A DNA stretch of 64,000 nt from Centroscyllium fabricii (GCA_051313645.2 JBNRSN020000029.1:41044001-41108000); one strand, 5' to 3'; positions 46,939 to 60,437 are shown, numbered from the stretch's first letter. Made by a program: numbers and translations. Notes: generated by a model not told the origin, from the letters alone.

Positions 46939-49061
46939 TATGTATGAGTTCAACTGGTGTCCATGACTACATACTTTCCTCATCCACAAAACAGCTCATT
47001 GATTATTTTCGAACTTTACCCAATTGACTGCGTTTGTTCTGATTCACTTGGTGCGTTTCTGAGTAGGGGATTGAGGCATTTCAAAATAGGTTGTATCTTT
47101 TTAATATTAGTGCCAATAAATACTGATCAGGTAGCATTTCATTCACCTGTCTGCTATTTGTAAAATAATGGAGATCACACATGCACTAAAATAAGATCGA
47201 CATAACTTTTATAGGAACGATCTGGAGACCTTTTCCACATTATGGTGAACAATCAGTTCTAAAGTGTAAAGTGGGAGAGCATTTCACGAAATGCACATTC
47301 GAAGCTGATGATTTTCCGTTTGCTAATTTCAAAGTTAGGTGTGCAAGAATGAGCCATGACTGATAAATTTATGTTTCATCACATACAGAAGCGATGAGGT
47401 AGGTTTTCACCGTGCCTGTGTGCGTGAAACTGACTTCGTGCACCCCATGCTCGTTATAGAAGCGGCCCGATTTTTATTTGCATGGACAGCTTATCAAATT
47501 GCTGTATCATAAATTTAGCAATGTGGGTTGACGGATCACCGTGATTTTCAATGAAAATGAAAATCCGGCGGTTTCTATAATTCGAGCGGGTTGGGGGAGT
47601 TGCAAAACCTGTCATTCCCATGTTAATTAAGTTACAATTCGGCACCATTGAATTAAATGAAAACGAAATATGGCGGTTCGGATAAAGGGTGGCGGATATG
47701 CAACACCAAATTTACGCCCAGCATGTATCAGTGAGAATTCCTCAATCTGATTGGTGGAAGAGCCTCGATGTTGCTTGTCCAGCTTACAGAATGGCTTGCA
47801 GAATGCGCCGTGCTGCATCAGCCGCCGGTTAGAGCAAATATCTGTAATTTGTTTAGCAGCTGTCAACAGAGTCAATGGGGAGCTCCCTCCTTCGCCGGTG
47901 GCAACACAATATGGACCATAGATCTAGTTTGCGTCGTTTGTGACTTAAAACAATGGCCTACAATTTCGCCTCGGGCTGTGGCTCAAAAAGTGCGTTATCG
48001 GGTCAGCCGCACGTTAATGGCAGCGCCTCATATTCAGATCCATTTCAGTTAGTGGACTGGATATCAGGCACTGCGTTTAATTGGCGGCTATATTATAACA
48101 TCACTGTTGCGCCGCAGCCCGAGAGGAATTTCTAGGTTTCTGTTTTTGTTAATATCTCCAACACTAATTATCTTGTTAGGAATAAAACTTGACAGTGGTA
48201 AAAGGAATTGTTCAGGGCAGTGGGTTTGGTTGGCAGTAATTAGCACTTATCCCGCCGTTAAAAATAAGTTATGCCTTAATGCACCAGGCCAAACTTTCCT
48301 GCAACTTTAGTGGGGAACCAGTGGACAAGTAACCCAACTTCAGGCCATCGTATTGATTTAAATGCCGAGCCTATCAGCGAGGCCAGTTACAACGCACCCT
48401 GTGAAGAAGAGATGTATCTCTGTAAGCATCATCTGGATTTCTGCGTTTGATTGTGTATGTGCCAAAGCCGGAAGCTTACTCTGATATAACTGTGAGCGTT
48501 ATTAGCCTCTCTGTTAGTATTTATGCCAAATCATTTTTCACTATTTCTATGGAGCACGAACTTCGGAAGAAAAATTATGCTGCCGGAAATGTCACTTTAG
48601 TGGAAATAGGGATGGTCGTTTAAAGAACATTAAATGCAGAGATTTTATTAGTGCAGTGGAGGTTGCAACATATGAATTTGAGAAAGCTGCATGACTATTT
48701 AAACTATTGAAGAACTTGAACACGAAAACAACCACCATTAGCCGCCTATCCGAAATGAGATGCTTTTGATAGCAGACACTGAAGATATATTGTTTCAGCT
48801 GATCCCGCATAAATTGCATTCGCCTAGCCGATGTAGGATGCTCAACTACACCATTATACTTCTTCCTGTAAATGGAAGATCTGGAATTGTTTTTAAAGTA
48901 ATTTAAGCAATATGACGTTTCAGCTAATATTTTTGCCCTTGTTTAACTACTTGCTTCGATGTTATACCTTTAACCACGATTTTCCGTTTCAACGCTTCTG
49001 ATATATGTCGACAGCTTAAAAGGAGAAATTTCTTACACAAGCTCACGATTGTCCAATCAAA

Positions 49062-49420
49062 AGCCCAGAAATTAGGGCCGCAACGCGCGAGTACGGACGG
49101 TGCACTCACGCGTGCGGCCCTCAGAACTGCTGGTTCAGTGCGTACACCGAGCATGCGCACAGAACCAATACTTCCGATGCCGTGTCTGGAGGGCTCAGGA
49201 GCTGGAGCGCGTTGGCCTGGAGGTGTGCAGTGAAATCCCGATTTTTCCCCCAAGTTTTTTTATCAGGGTAAGTGTCGGAAAAGTTACGGATGAAAATAGC
49301 AGCTGTAACGACCCCTTTTCATCAGGTAAGTTTCTATTTTATTCAATTTAATTACTTTCTTCACAGGTTTTTTATTTTAAAACAATTTAAACAAAGGTAA
49401 CTAGTTTTTTTAGCCCACTT
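49062..49420. mobile_element. Left half of a family B TIR element, truncated at CR1
   Basis: GCCCAGAAATTAGGGCCGCAACGCGCGAGTACGG start, homologous to 52944. Confidence 0.75.
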
Positions 49421-49424
49421 AAGA

Positions 49425-51545
49425 GTATTAGTGAGGCCACAACTGGAGTACTGCGTACAGTCGTAGTCCCTTTATTTAAGGAAGGATATACTTGCATTGA
49501 CGGCAGTTTAGAGACGTTTCACGAGGTTTATTCCTGAGATGAAGGGGTTGACCTATGAAAAAGGTTGAGCAGGTTGTGTATATACTGATTGGAGTTTAGA
49601 AGAATGAGAGGTGATCTTATTGAAACACATAAGATACCGATGGTGCTCGACAACGTAGATGCAGGGAACAGCAATGCTGAGGGTGGGGATGGCATTACAC
49701 GGGAAAATAGAAGCTCGAACAACAAGGGCACAGCAGTTATCATGTGTGAGTTCAATCTGCATATAAATTGGGCTAACCAAATTAGTAACAACACTGCGGA
49801 AGAGGAATTTCTAGAGTGTATACGAGATGTTTTCCTGGATCAATATGTCAAGGAACCAAATAGAGATCAGGACACCTTAGACTTGGTATTATTTAATGAG
49901 AAAGGATTAATTAGCCATGCTGTTGTGCGAGGCCCCTTGGGAGGAGCGATACTAATACGATAGAATTCTTCATTAAGCTGGAGAGTGAAGTAACAGACTC
50001 AGAGACTAGGGTCCTGAATTTAAATAAAGGAAACTACGAGGGTATGAGGCCTGAATTAGCTAGGGTGGATTGTGGAACGTTACTGAACAGGTTGACGGTG
50101 GATAGGCAATGGCAAATATTTAAAGATCGCATGGATGAACTGCAGAATTTGTCCATCACTGTTTGGCCTAAAAATAAAACAGAAAAGGTGGCACAACCGT
50201 GGCAAACAAGGGAAATTAGGGATAGCATAAAATCAAAGGAGCCTACAGAAAAAGCAGCAAAACAGGATTGGGAGCAGTTTAGGATTCGGCAAAGGAGGAC
50301 AAAGGGATTAATTAAGAGGGTGATAATAGAATATTAGAGTGAGCTTGCAGGGAACATAAAAACGGACTCTAAAATCTTTCATAGCTATGTGAAGAAAAAA
50401 AGATTGGTGAAATCGTGCGTAGGCCCCTTACATTCAGAATCAGGAATTTATAATGGGGAACAAACACATAGCTGATCAATTAAATACATACTTTGATCTG
50501 TCTTCACAAAGGAGGACACAATTAAACTTGCCGATATGTCGGTCTAATGTGAGGGGGGAATTGAATAAAACAAGTATTTTTAGTGAAATGGTGTTAGGAA
50601 ATTTAAGCGTATTGAAGGCCGATCAATCGTCTCGGCCTGATAATGTACATCCTAGGGTACTTAAGGAATTGGCCCTAGAAATAATAGATGCAATTCTGGT
50701 CATCTTCCAAAATTCTTTAGACTCTGGACTAGTTCGCATGGATTGGAGCGTAGCTAATGTAACCCCACTATTTAAAAAAGGTGGTAGAGAAAAAACGGGG
50801 AATTTTAGACCAGTAACCCTGACATCGGTCATGGGGAAAATGCTTGAGTCCATTATAAAAGATGTAATAGCAGAGCACTTGGGAAACAGTGACGCGATTT
50901 GACAAAGCCAACATGGATTTCCAAATGGAAAATCATGCTTGACTAATCTACTGAAATTTTTTGAGGATGTAACTGGTAGAACAGATAAGGGAGACCAGTG
51001 GATGTGGTTTATTTTGACTTTCAGGCGTGCAAAGTTAAAGCACATTGGATTGGGGTAAGGTACTGGCTTAGTTAGAGAACTGGTGGGCAGAAAGGAAGTA
51101 AAGTGTTGGAATAAACGGTTCTTTTTTGGAGTGGCAGGCAGTGACTAGTGGGGTACTGCAGGGATCGGTGCTAGGACCCCAGCTATTCCCAATATATATT
51201 AATGATCTAGACGAGGGAATTAGACGTAATATCTCCATGCTTGCAGACGACACAAAGCTGGGTGGGCGTTTGTGCTGTGAGGAGGATGCAGAGTAACTCC
51301 AGTATGATTTGGACAGGTTGAGTGATTGGGCCGATGCATTACAGATGCAGTATGATGTGGACGCTTGCGAATTTATCCTCTTTTGTGGCAAAAACAGGAA
51401 CACCGATTATTATCCGAAAGTCAAAAGATTGGGAAATGGGTACCTGCAATGAGACCTGGGTTTCCTTTAGTACCAGTCGCTAAAGGTAGATATGCAGGTG
51501 GAGTAGGCAGTGAAGATGTCAAAAAGTATGTTGGCCTTCATAGAA
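49425..51545 (+). mobile_element. CR1 ORF2 fragments (composite)
   Basis: ORFs 49589-49963, 50044-50337 and 50453-50902 (PDNVHPRVLKELA, WSVANVTPLFKKG..NFRPVTLTS). QGSVLGP and ADDTKL motifs near 51160-51260. Confidence 0.9.
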
Positions 51546-52035
51546 ACATAGAACCATAGAGGATAGGAGCAGGAGTAGGCCATTCGGCCCCTGGAGCCCG
51601 CTCCGCCATTCAATAAGATAATGGCTGACCATCCAAATTCAGTGCCCTGTCCATGCCTTCTTGCTATATCCCTTGATCCATTTAGTCTTAAGGAATATAT
51701 CCAACTCCCTCTTGAGTATATTTATTGAAATGGCCTCCACTGCCCTCTGTGGAAGAGAATTCCACAGGTTCACCACACTCTGTGTGAAGAAAATCCTCCT
51801 CATCTGAGTCCTAAATGGTTTACCTCTTATTCTTAGACTATGACCCATGGTTTTCGACTCCCCGCCCATCGGGAACATCCTTCCTGCATCTAGTGTGTCC
51901 AGACCTGACAGATTTCAATGGGTTTCCATGATATCCCCTCTCCATCTTCTCAACTCCAGTGAGTATATGCCCAAACGACACCGCCTCGTCTCCTACGTCA
52001 TTCCTGCCATCCGAGGTATTAGCTTGGTGAATCTT
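51541..52035 (-). mobile_element. CR1 3' end, inverted relative to the upstream CR1
   Basis: ORF 51639-51878 (GHSLRIRGKPFRTQMRRIFFTQSVVNLWNSLP); tail at 51541. Confidence 0.9.
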
Positions 52036-52943
52036 AACCGCCAGTTCGGAATTTCTGCATGTGCTTGCGCATGTGCTATATTCGAAACTTACGATTTGTC
52101 AATCTAAGCCTTGACAGGTCATATACAGCGAAGGGGAAGTACTAATTGATAGTGCAGATTTGGGGTAATAGCGCACCAATTGTCCAGCAATTTTGTACGA
52201 AAATTATATGGCTTGTGAACGCAGGCGTATGAGCCTATTTCACTGTGAAAGGAAGCATTTGAGTGCGTCTGAAAGGATTGTTAACCATTCTTCTATCACT
52301 TCACAATAACATAAATGTACCTAGTGGCAACATTTAAATGCATTAAAATATAAAATATATGACAATTATCATTTAAAAGTAGCAATGGTTTCTGCACTCC
52401 AATTGTATGATGAATCGGGCATTCGGCACAAATTGTTATACTTCCTCCAAATTTATGAAATAAAACCAATTTGCTATTTTATTATATTATGTAATAAATA
52501 TAAAGCTTCCCCAAAGCTGGTGTGCTGCGGGCATGGTGTTTAATAAATAAAAAGGATCATTTCCAATTCCTTTCATTGCTATTGAATCGCAAGCCAACGT
52601 AAAGGACCTTTGACAAGATATTAAGTGCTACCCTTAAGCTGGGATGTTTGAAATACAGCACAGGTAATTCACTGGGCTAGCAAAACACTCTACGATGCTC
52701 TAAAATGCTTGGTATTGCTAATGACAGCTGGAAAATGTTTTTTTAGTATGACACGTAAGTAACTTAATGTTTAATATATTCTCAAGTGAAAGAAACTGTT
52801 TGACCCTCAAGAGAATTTTGAACAGATACACTACTTATTTCCTTCTAGTAAACGTTCAAAGGACGGAAATCTTTACTGGACCTCAAATTATCCCTTTTCA
52901 ATATTCAAGTTGAAAGCATATGCCAAATTATTGTTGATATATT

Positions 52944-53699
52944 GGCCCAGAAATTAGGTCTGCAACGCGCGGGTATGGACGGGGTACTCAGGTTTACGGC
53001 CATCAGAAGTACTCATCAGCGTACACTGCGCAGGCGCACACAACCAGCACTTCTGATGCAGGTCCTAGAGGGGTCAGGAGCCCCAGCGCATTGGCCTGCG
53101 CAGCAGGAGCTGCGCAGTGAACTTGCGATTTGTTACACAGGTTTGTATCAGGGTAAGTATTTAAATATTTACAGCTGCTTATTAAAGCACAAGGAGTGGA
53201 TTTCATCAGGTAAGTCTTTATTTTATTCAATTTCAGTGTTTTTATCACAAGTTTTTCATCTTCAAAAAGGTTATGAAAGGTAAGTTGATTTCAGGCCCGT
53301 TAAAAACTTTAAATACATTTTCAAAATTTTTATTTTTTGTTTAAAATGGCTCATTTATGTGACTGATAGTAATTTTAAAAAATATGATAAATTTTAAAAT
53401 TCATTTTAAGGCTTAATGTGGATTTGGGGCTCTAGTGTTTCATACGTTTGTCAGATCTTTCTGTCCAACTTATGAATGGAGCATTCTTTGCTCTGATTGG
53501 CTCCCCGCAGACCACGTGATCCCACGGGATGCCTCGCACTAACTCCGACGTTCAGTTGCCCCAGCGCGGCGTGGGAGCGGTGGGGGGGGAGCTTTCAGCA
53601 GGCCTCTGAATCGGGAGTGCAAGTGCGAGAACTACAGAATGGCAGGTGAACTTTGGAGTCTTGCACTCACGGCAAGCCTCCGATTCCAATTTCTGGGCC
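52944..53699. mobile_element. Non-autonomous TIR element (family B)
   Basis: TIR GGCCCAGAAATT / AATTTCTGGGCC with ATT/AAT flanks. Confidence 0.85.
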
Positions 53700-54160
53700 A
53701 ATGTTACATAATTTTAATAAAATGCTGTTATATGAAATAAGTACAAGTGTCAGTTTAATTTAAAGTCTTGAAAGTTTTTAAAATATAATTTCAAACACAG
53801 AGACTGAAAGACGTTTATGTAGGCGTGGCTTAACTTTGACGGATTTTGTGTGAGTCTCTTTGCTTACGCAGAGACTGTACGCTGCATTCTTGGCATTTGT
53901 GATGTAATAAGATGCACACAATTCCGCAGCGCCAAACAGAAAGTCTACGTTCTGGACCTCGCATAAGGTAAGTTCGCGTTTGTTTAGTGATTGGCGGTGT
54001 ACTCCATAGCTGTGCTGCTGAGCACAACTTTTGGACCATGATTACGACAGTAACAGGACAATCTAATTTTTGAAATAAATGTAAATTTCTGTCTGCCCTT
54101 TGTACCAATCATACAGATGGGATCACCTCAATTAAATAAAACTTGCTAATAATGGCTCAC

Positions 54161-54926
54161 ACATTAGGGCCGCAGCGCATGAATACGGAGCTGGTACTCA
54201 CGTGTGCAGCCCTCCGAAGTGCTGGTGAATGTCATTTCCCGTGCATGCGTGGGAAACCTGCAATCCCGGTAAGGGCCGCGGGGAGATGGGGGGGGGGGGG
54301 GGGTGTCGGGAGCTTCAGCATGTTGGCCTGTGCCCCAAGAGGTGCGCAGTGCAATTCCGATTTTTGTTAAAAAAAAAAATCCGTGTAAGTAATGAAGCAT
54401 TTACAACTCCTTTTAACAAGCGCAAGGAGTCGATTTCTTCAGGTAATTATTTATTTTATTTAATTTAATTATTTTAATTACGGGTTTTTCATTTTTTTTA
54501 AATATAAAGACAGGGGATTTAGTGCCGTTAAAAACTTAAAATATTTTTTCAAAATTTTAATTTTTTGTTTATAATAGCTAATTTATGTTAGTTCTAGTAA
54601 TTTTTAAAACAGTGACTTATCAAAACATTTATTTTAATGTTTAGTGTGTTTTTGGGGCACTTGTTTTTCATAAGTTTGACAGATCTTGTCTGTCAAACTT
54701 ATGATGGAGCATTCTTTGCTCTGATTGGCTCCCCGCCGACCACGTGGTCCCGCATGGAGCTTCCCACTATCTTCTACACTGAGTTGGCTCAGCGCGGCGC
54801 GCTGGGCTTGCAGCTCGGCATGTAATCGGGATTTCAAGTCCCAGAATAGGAGAACGTTCTGTGTGCTCGTAAATGTGGGTTGGAGGCTTGCACTCGCGGG
54901 AAGCCTCCAACCCGAATTTCTGGCCC
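54161..54926. mobile_element. Non-autonomous TIR element (family B)
   Basis: Homologous to 44169 and 52944; ends CCCGAATTTCTGGCCC followed by ATT. Confidence 0.82.
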
Positions 54927-55019
54927 ATTAATTGCATTTATTTCAGTCGAATGAAATTCGGTCAGGTTGTTAAAACAGTGAGCCTTTCAATGCGCATTGG
55001 TTGGAATCAAGTGCTCTAC

Positions 55020-55290
55020 GGACTGAACTGGAAACATTTAGAGCAGTCGTAGATTTGTAAGCAAGTGTGGGGCAGGGAGAGGGAGGTGGGGTTATCTTCT
55101 TCCCATTTTTCTGCCCCGCCCCACACTTGCTTAACATTTAGTTACTTCTCTAAACTTTTCCAGTTCTGATAAAGGGTCATTGGCCCGAAAAGGTAACTCT
55201 GTTTCTCACTCCACGAATCTGCCTGACCATTTTCTAGTATTTCTGTTGTCATTTCAGATTTCCAGTATCAGCAGTATTTTGCTCTTACCC
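55020..55290 (+). mobile_element. Penelope-like inverted pLTR fragment with a mutated hammerhead
   Basis: About 55025-55078 is an inverted copy of about 55110-55165. CTGATAA-GGGTCattGGCCC-GAAA carries a core G-to-A change. Confidence 0.65.
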
Positions 55291-55329
55291 TTTTAAATTC
55301 CTCCCTGGTCGTGAAACTCTTTTGTGCGA

Positions 55330-55506
55330 GGCAAGATTCAACTTAGACACATGTTCAGAATGGAAGGTAACCCAGTGACCCTTTGCTATATACTCTGCCT
55401 GATTTTCCTTCCCATTGACTTCAATGGCAAGCAAAATCAGACCGGACATCTAATGGCAACCAATGCGCCACTGTGTGTTTTGCACCACATTAAAGATAAT
55501 CTTCCC
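55330..55506. mobile_element. ~180-bp fold-back MITE
   Basis: Central palindrome CCATTGACTTCAATGG with inverted arms. Confidence 0.6.
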
Positions 55507-55857
55507 ATTTAGCCTGGATAACCATTATATAAGTTATTACATTTTATTTTCCATTAATCCACATTGCCAGTTTTAGCCCTGGCTGCAAGATGCAAATTTA
55601 ACCCAAATAGGTTGTGTTGCACATCACAGATTTCAAGTGCTATTCCACTTTGTTCTGGATGCAATTACCTCTTGAACTAATGGATCTGTACTTTGTGTTA
55701 TCATCGCCATCGTTCACTTCACTCGACTTGATCTCAACATAGGGCTCTGTTCCAATGTTCATATACTCATCAACAGGTGCCGCCATTTCAATTCAACAAC
55801 TGCAAAAAACAAAATTGAAACAATATTTTTATCGTATAAATAGGATCTATTGATGGC

Positions 55858-56555
55858 ATCACAGAATGATACAGCACAGAAGGAGGCCATTTGGCTTATC
55901 GCACCTTTGCCGACTCTTTTGAAGATCTATCCAATTAATCCCTCTCCCATCTTCTGTCCCCACAGCCCTGCAATTATCCTTCATTCAAGTATTTATCCAA
56001 TTCACTTTTGAAGAGTACGATTGAATCTGAATCCAATACCCTTTCGGACAGTGCATACCAGATAACAACAACTCGCCGTGTAAAAGAAAAACTTGTGTTA
56101 CCTCTGGTTCATTTGCCAATCACCTTAAATCTTTGTCCTCCGGTTACCGACCATTTTTCAGAATTTACTCTTTCAGCACCGCTAATGATTTTGAACACCA
56201 CTCTCAAACCTCCTCGCTACCTTCTCTGCTCTAATGAAAACAACCCCTGTTAATCCAGTCTATCAAGATAACTGAACTTGCTCACCCCTGGTACCATGCT
56301 GGTAACTCTCTTCTGCATCCTCCCCGAAGCCGTAACAGTTTTCCTAAAGTGTGGTGCCCATAATTGAACACAACACTCCAGCTGAGGCGTAATCCTGTTT
56401 TGTAAAGATTTAGAATAACTACCTTACATTTGTAAAATATGCCTCTATTACTAAAGCCAATGATCCATCTGTTCTTTTTAACAGCCTTCTCAAATTATCC
56501 TGCCACCCCCAACAATTTGTGTACATATACCCTCATGTGTCTCTGTTCCTGCAGA
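55858..56555 (-). mobile_element. Older CR1 3' fragment
   Basis: cacagaaggaggccatttggc tail and ttcctaaagtgtggtgccca..aattgaacacaacactccagctgagg (antisense of RPQLECCVQLWAP). Confidence 0.75.
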
Positions 56556-56761
56556 CACTTAATCGGTTCTAATTTTTACCCCTTCTGAAAAGGCCTTTTC
56601 GCAAATTTGAGCAATTCGTTTTAATGGACGAGGAAATAAATAACTGAAAAGAGACAGACATAAAATCTCGGACAATTCGGGTAGTGGTTTCCTTTTCTGA
56701 TAGTGTCAATCGGGTGAAATGGAGTTGGGCCCCATTATGCACATCTCGGCGGGGGTATTTT

Positions 56762-57177
56762 ACAGAAACACAGAAGATAGGAGCAGGAGTAGACCATTCG
56801 GCCCTTCGAGCCTGCTCCGCCATTTTGATGAGATCATGGCTGATCATCCAAACCCAGCACCCCCCCTCCTACCCTCTCCCCGTATCCCCCGACACCCCAA
56901 CTCTAAGAACTATATCTCACACCCATAATCATGGGCAATTTTTTGTATCTCCAATTCGCCTAACCTGCATGTCTTTGGGTGGTGGGAGGAAACCGGAGTA
57001 CCCGGAGGAAACCCACACAAACACGGGGAGAATATGCAAACTCCACGCAGAGAGGGAGGTCCCGGGCCCAGCAGGATTCGAAACCAGGAGAGGGAGGTCC
57101 CGGGCCCAGCAGGATTCGAAACCAGGAGCTCCTTATTGCGAGGCAGCAGTGCTAACCACTGCGCCACCGTGTTGTCC
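56762..57177 (-). mobile_element. V-type tRNA SINE with a duplicated B box
   Basis: A box GGTGGCGCAGTGGTTAG. The 38-bp unit AGAGGGAGGTCCCGGGCCCAGCAGGATTCGAAACCAGG occurs twice (57051-57126). Confidence 0.92.
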
Positions 57178-57565
57178 ACATTGGACAATAACAACATAAT
57201 AATCATACACATTACATAATCAATCCGAGCCGCTTCCTTTGTTATTTGGTAATGAACATAACCGTTCTGCTTTATAAAAACTGGATCCCTGACTAGTGGA
57301 TTTTTTTGTATAATCAAAAACTCACTGTTTGTAATTCCAAATGTCGGCTGCGGTGAAAAACGAGCTATAAGATGTTCGGCGCCCATTATATACCCTCACT
57401 CCGGATATTACTTCACAGTTGGAAAGCGAATCAGGTGGAGTGTGTAACAAACGGCAGATCGAATGTCGCACGTTTTGCACAACCACAAAGAATTGAAACT
57501 ACCCCTTACAAATATGAAATTGATCTACTCACAACCTTCATTTTTTCAGAATTAAATGATTTCCT

Positions 57566-57747
57566 GCGGTTAATTTTGACTTCCTGCGATAGTTTCAAAA
57601 AGACAGCGGCTCAGCCATCTGTTACACGTTTCGCTCGAGTTTCAACTCCATTGAAGTCAATAGGAATAAAGTCAGGGGAGATCTAAAATATGCTGCTGAT
57701 TCGCTATTATTCGTTTTACACTATCGCACAAATTTAAAATTACTTCC
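57566..57747. mobile_element. ~180-bp fold-back MITE
   Basis: Arms TAATTTTGACTT..GCGATAGT and ACTATCGC..AATTTAAAATTA around a central CCATTGAAGTCAATAG. Confidence 0.65.
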
Positions 57748-58274
57748 AATATTCTACCTCAGACAAGCCATGAGTTATAACATATTGGCATTATTTTGTT
57801 TGCTTGTGTACTCTGTTGCCTCATTTGTAAAGGTTGGGATTCAATGTGCATTTTCACAATTTTTTAGCTCGCTTTCTAATTTTATATCCCGGTTTATCTT
57901 AACCTCTCTAATTATTAACAGCGTTGAATACAGATTAAAATCGTTTGTTCATTTTGATGACAGATAGACGTTCCAGCTTTCAGCTTGGTGTAAGTACAGC
58001 AATGTTTTAGATTCTTTGCGCACATCATTATTAGATTAATATGGTCCAGGTGAAATGGACGAAGTACAGTCCAACTATTACAGGAGCAAAATACCGCGGA
58101 TCTGTTGTTACAATCCTAAAATACTAGTGCAGCAAACCTGGATTTGTAGAAACGCACCTAATCAAGGTTCACGTGGGTTTCTGATAAAATTTTGCAATCC
58201 TTGTCATTTCCATCGCCATCTAGGCTGAACGAAAATTATATACCGGCAGAAGATAGTTTCAGAATATAAAAGGT

Positions 58275-58454
58275 AGGACTAGATAAGCCTCTGCTTCTTC
58301 CTATCCCTTTTCGAGCAAGCCTTATATGAGTTATGTTAAAATTATCTTAATTTAAAATTGAAAATTTATTTTATTATTATTTTGTATTATTATTTTTCTT
58401 CTTTCTTTTAATGGTTTCTTTTTTATTGTTCGAAATAAAGATTCATTCATTCAC
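58275..58454 (+). mobile_element. 5'-truncated LINE 3' UTR with a 10-bp TSD
   Basis: TSD TATAAAAGGT at 58265-58274 and 58455-58464; ends AATAAAG(ATTC)n. Confidence 0.75.
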
Positions 58455-59445
58455 TATAAAAGGTCAACGTCGCTCTGGTACTGACCTGTTCAAAATTAAC
58501 GTATATTAACAAGTTGATTCAATTCATTGAATCATGGTGAATTGAACACCACCGTTTATTCAATGCATAATAGCGAAAGTATTCATAAATAAACTTACCT
58601 GCGTTCTGTCAATGAACTCCGCATAAAATGTGCGCAGTATTTATCCCAAAGTTTCTTCTTCTGAAATGTGCAAAATAAGTCCCCATTCCATTAGAGTGAG
58701 TCATCATATTAGGAATTTGTGGTGCAGCACATTTTCCAAAGTTGAATACAAGTAGATTGTCTCTTTCAGGGAGGAAGTAGTTGACTGTATCAACTTGTGA
58801 ACAATAACATTCATGGTCACGTCAACTGTGTTGCAACTGATAATTTCAGAAATGCTGACATTTTTTAGAACTGGATTCTCACTTCAAAAACGCTATCTCT
58901 GCAATTTTGATGATGAAGCGGTTTAAGTCTGCTCTTTTTTTCTTTTGCTTATCGAATGTATTATTGATGTTATCCCTGTTTAATCCACAACTTTAAATAT
59001 ATCAGTTGAACTGTAAGTGAACACCAAATCTGCAAACGATTTCAATATTATTTTTAAGTCCACAGAGCAGATTTATCGCACCCCTAGAAAAAATCACTCG
59101 ACAGGTGACCGTTTTTACACCTCCAGCATCTGCAATCTGTATTTATCACGCAAATGTTTTTTGGCATTTCTCTAGTTTTGAAGCAGCGACTAAGGTATTT
59201 TCTTTCACTTGAGACCCAATTTGGCAGTCGAAGTTATTGGCTATTTTCCAGAAAATATATCTGGTAAAAATTACGTTTGCTTAATCCAGTTTGGATCAAA
59301 TATCTTTCTCATCGATGTCCTGTCCCTCCAGTTGAATTGGTTCACGTTTGCGTAGCTCTGCTTGCAAAGGCACCATGCACTTTCTGCTGCACCTTTTCCC
59401 GCATTTTTATACATACAGCTGGCACTACGACTCGTTGATTCAGTC

Positions 59446-59640
59446 ATAGAGTTAGAGTCATAGTGTTATTACTGCACAGAGGGAGGCCATTCGGCCCATC
59501 GTGTCCATGACGGCTCTCTGTAGAGCAATCCCGTCAGTCCCATTCACTCACTCTATCCTCGTATCCCTGCAGGTTTATGTCCCTCAATTGCCTATCCAAT
59601 GTTCTTTAGAAATTATTGACATCTCCGCTTCCACCACCTT
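59446..59640 (-). mobile_element. CR1 3' end fragment
   Basis: gcacagagggaggccattcggcccatcg tail motif. Confidence 0.7.
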
Positions 59641-60437
59641 CATTGTTGATGTTATTTAAAGTCTTCCATTTTCTTCCAGGTACAAGGTGGCTAAATCAAC
59701 ATCAACCGGTGATAAAGGGCAATGCATGGCAACTATACTTAAACATGCACTACCGAACTATGAGATGCAAGTGGTCCAGTGGCGTGGGAGCATGTGAATG
59801 AATTACCTTTTACCTTTAGAAGCAGCAGGCCCGGAAATTGTCAGTAGATTTGGTCATCTCTTCGTAAACAAAATCAAGGAAAAGAGCAAAGGAAAATATA
59901 TACACCATTTTTTGATTTTGAGGAAAACATTGATTAAAACAGTTAAGTTAATTTTAATTCATAGCCAATAATATTAGCGAAATCGCATGAAATGTGATTA
60001 AATTACAAAAGAATGAGGCAAGTTACGAACTACAGATTTCAAAAGTTGTAAAAGATATAGAGCGATGGAATCCTGCAATCTGAATCTAGGCTGACAAATA
60101 GAAATCGTGCAGCAAATGTCACTGTTCTAATTGCAGCAAAGACCTGAAGACAAAAACCATGAAAGCAAGCAGGAAGTAATTCCCCTCCAAAGAATTAAAT
60201 ATAAAAAAACAGTAATAAGAGATTTACGGATACTCCTCCTGAACGCTTCACGAAACTTACCAATTGCTATATGTATGCAAGAAAGAATATAAAAGCTTTT
60301 TATCGTGTGGTGCGAAGAGGAAGCTAACTAGTCGCATTTTGAAATTTCATGTGTTTTCTTTAAATCAATCCAATATATTCTGAACATATAAATGGTGGAC
60401 CACATTTTGCATCTGATAAATATTTCGGTAGGACGCT

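Noticed and set aside
57100-57177. tRNA-like sequences here and at about 1160-1231, 15038-15090, 32570-32638 and 34540-34607
   Set aside because: These are SINE heads fused to V-domain bodies and CR1 tails, with no complete cloverleaf or terminator, so they are not tRNA genes.
59190-59355. Frame reading LAVEVI...YVCLIQFGSNIFLIDVL, resembling an RNase D/DEDDy exonuclease motif
   Set aside because: No DxE catalytic pair, spacing is off, stops bound both sides, and there is no good splice donor. Probably chance; an HMM search would settle it.
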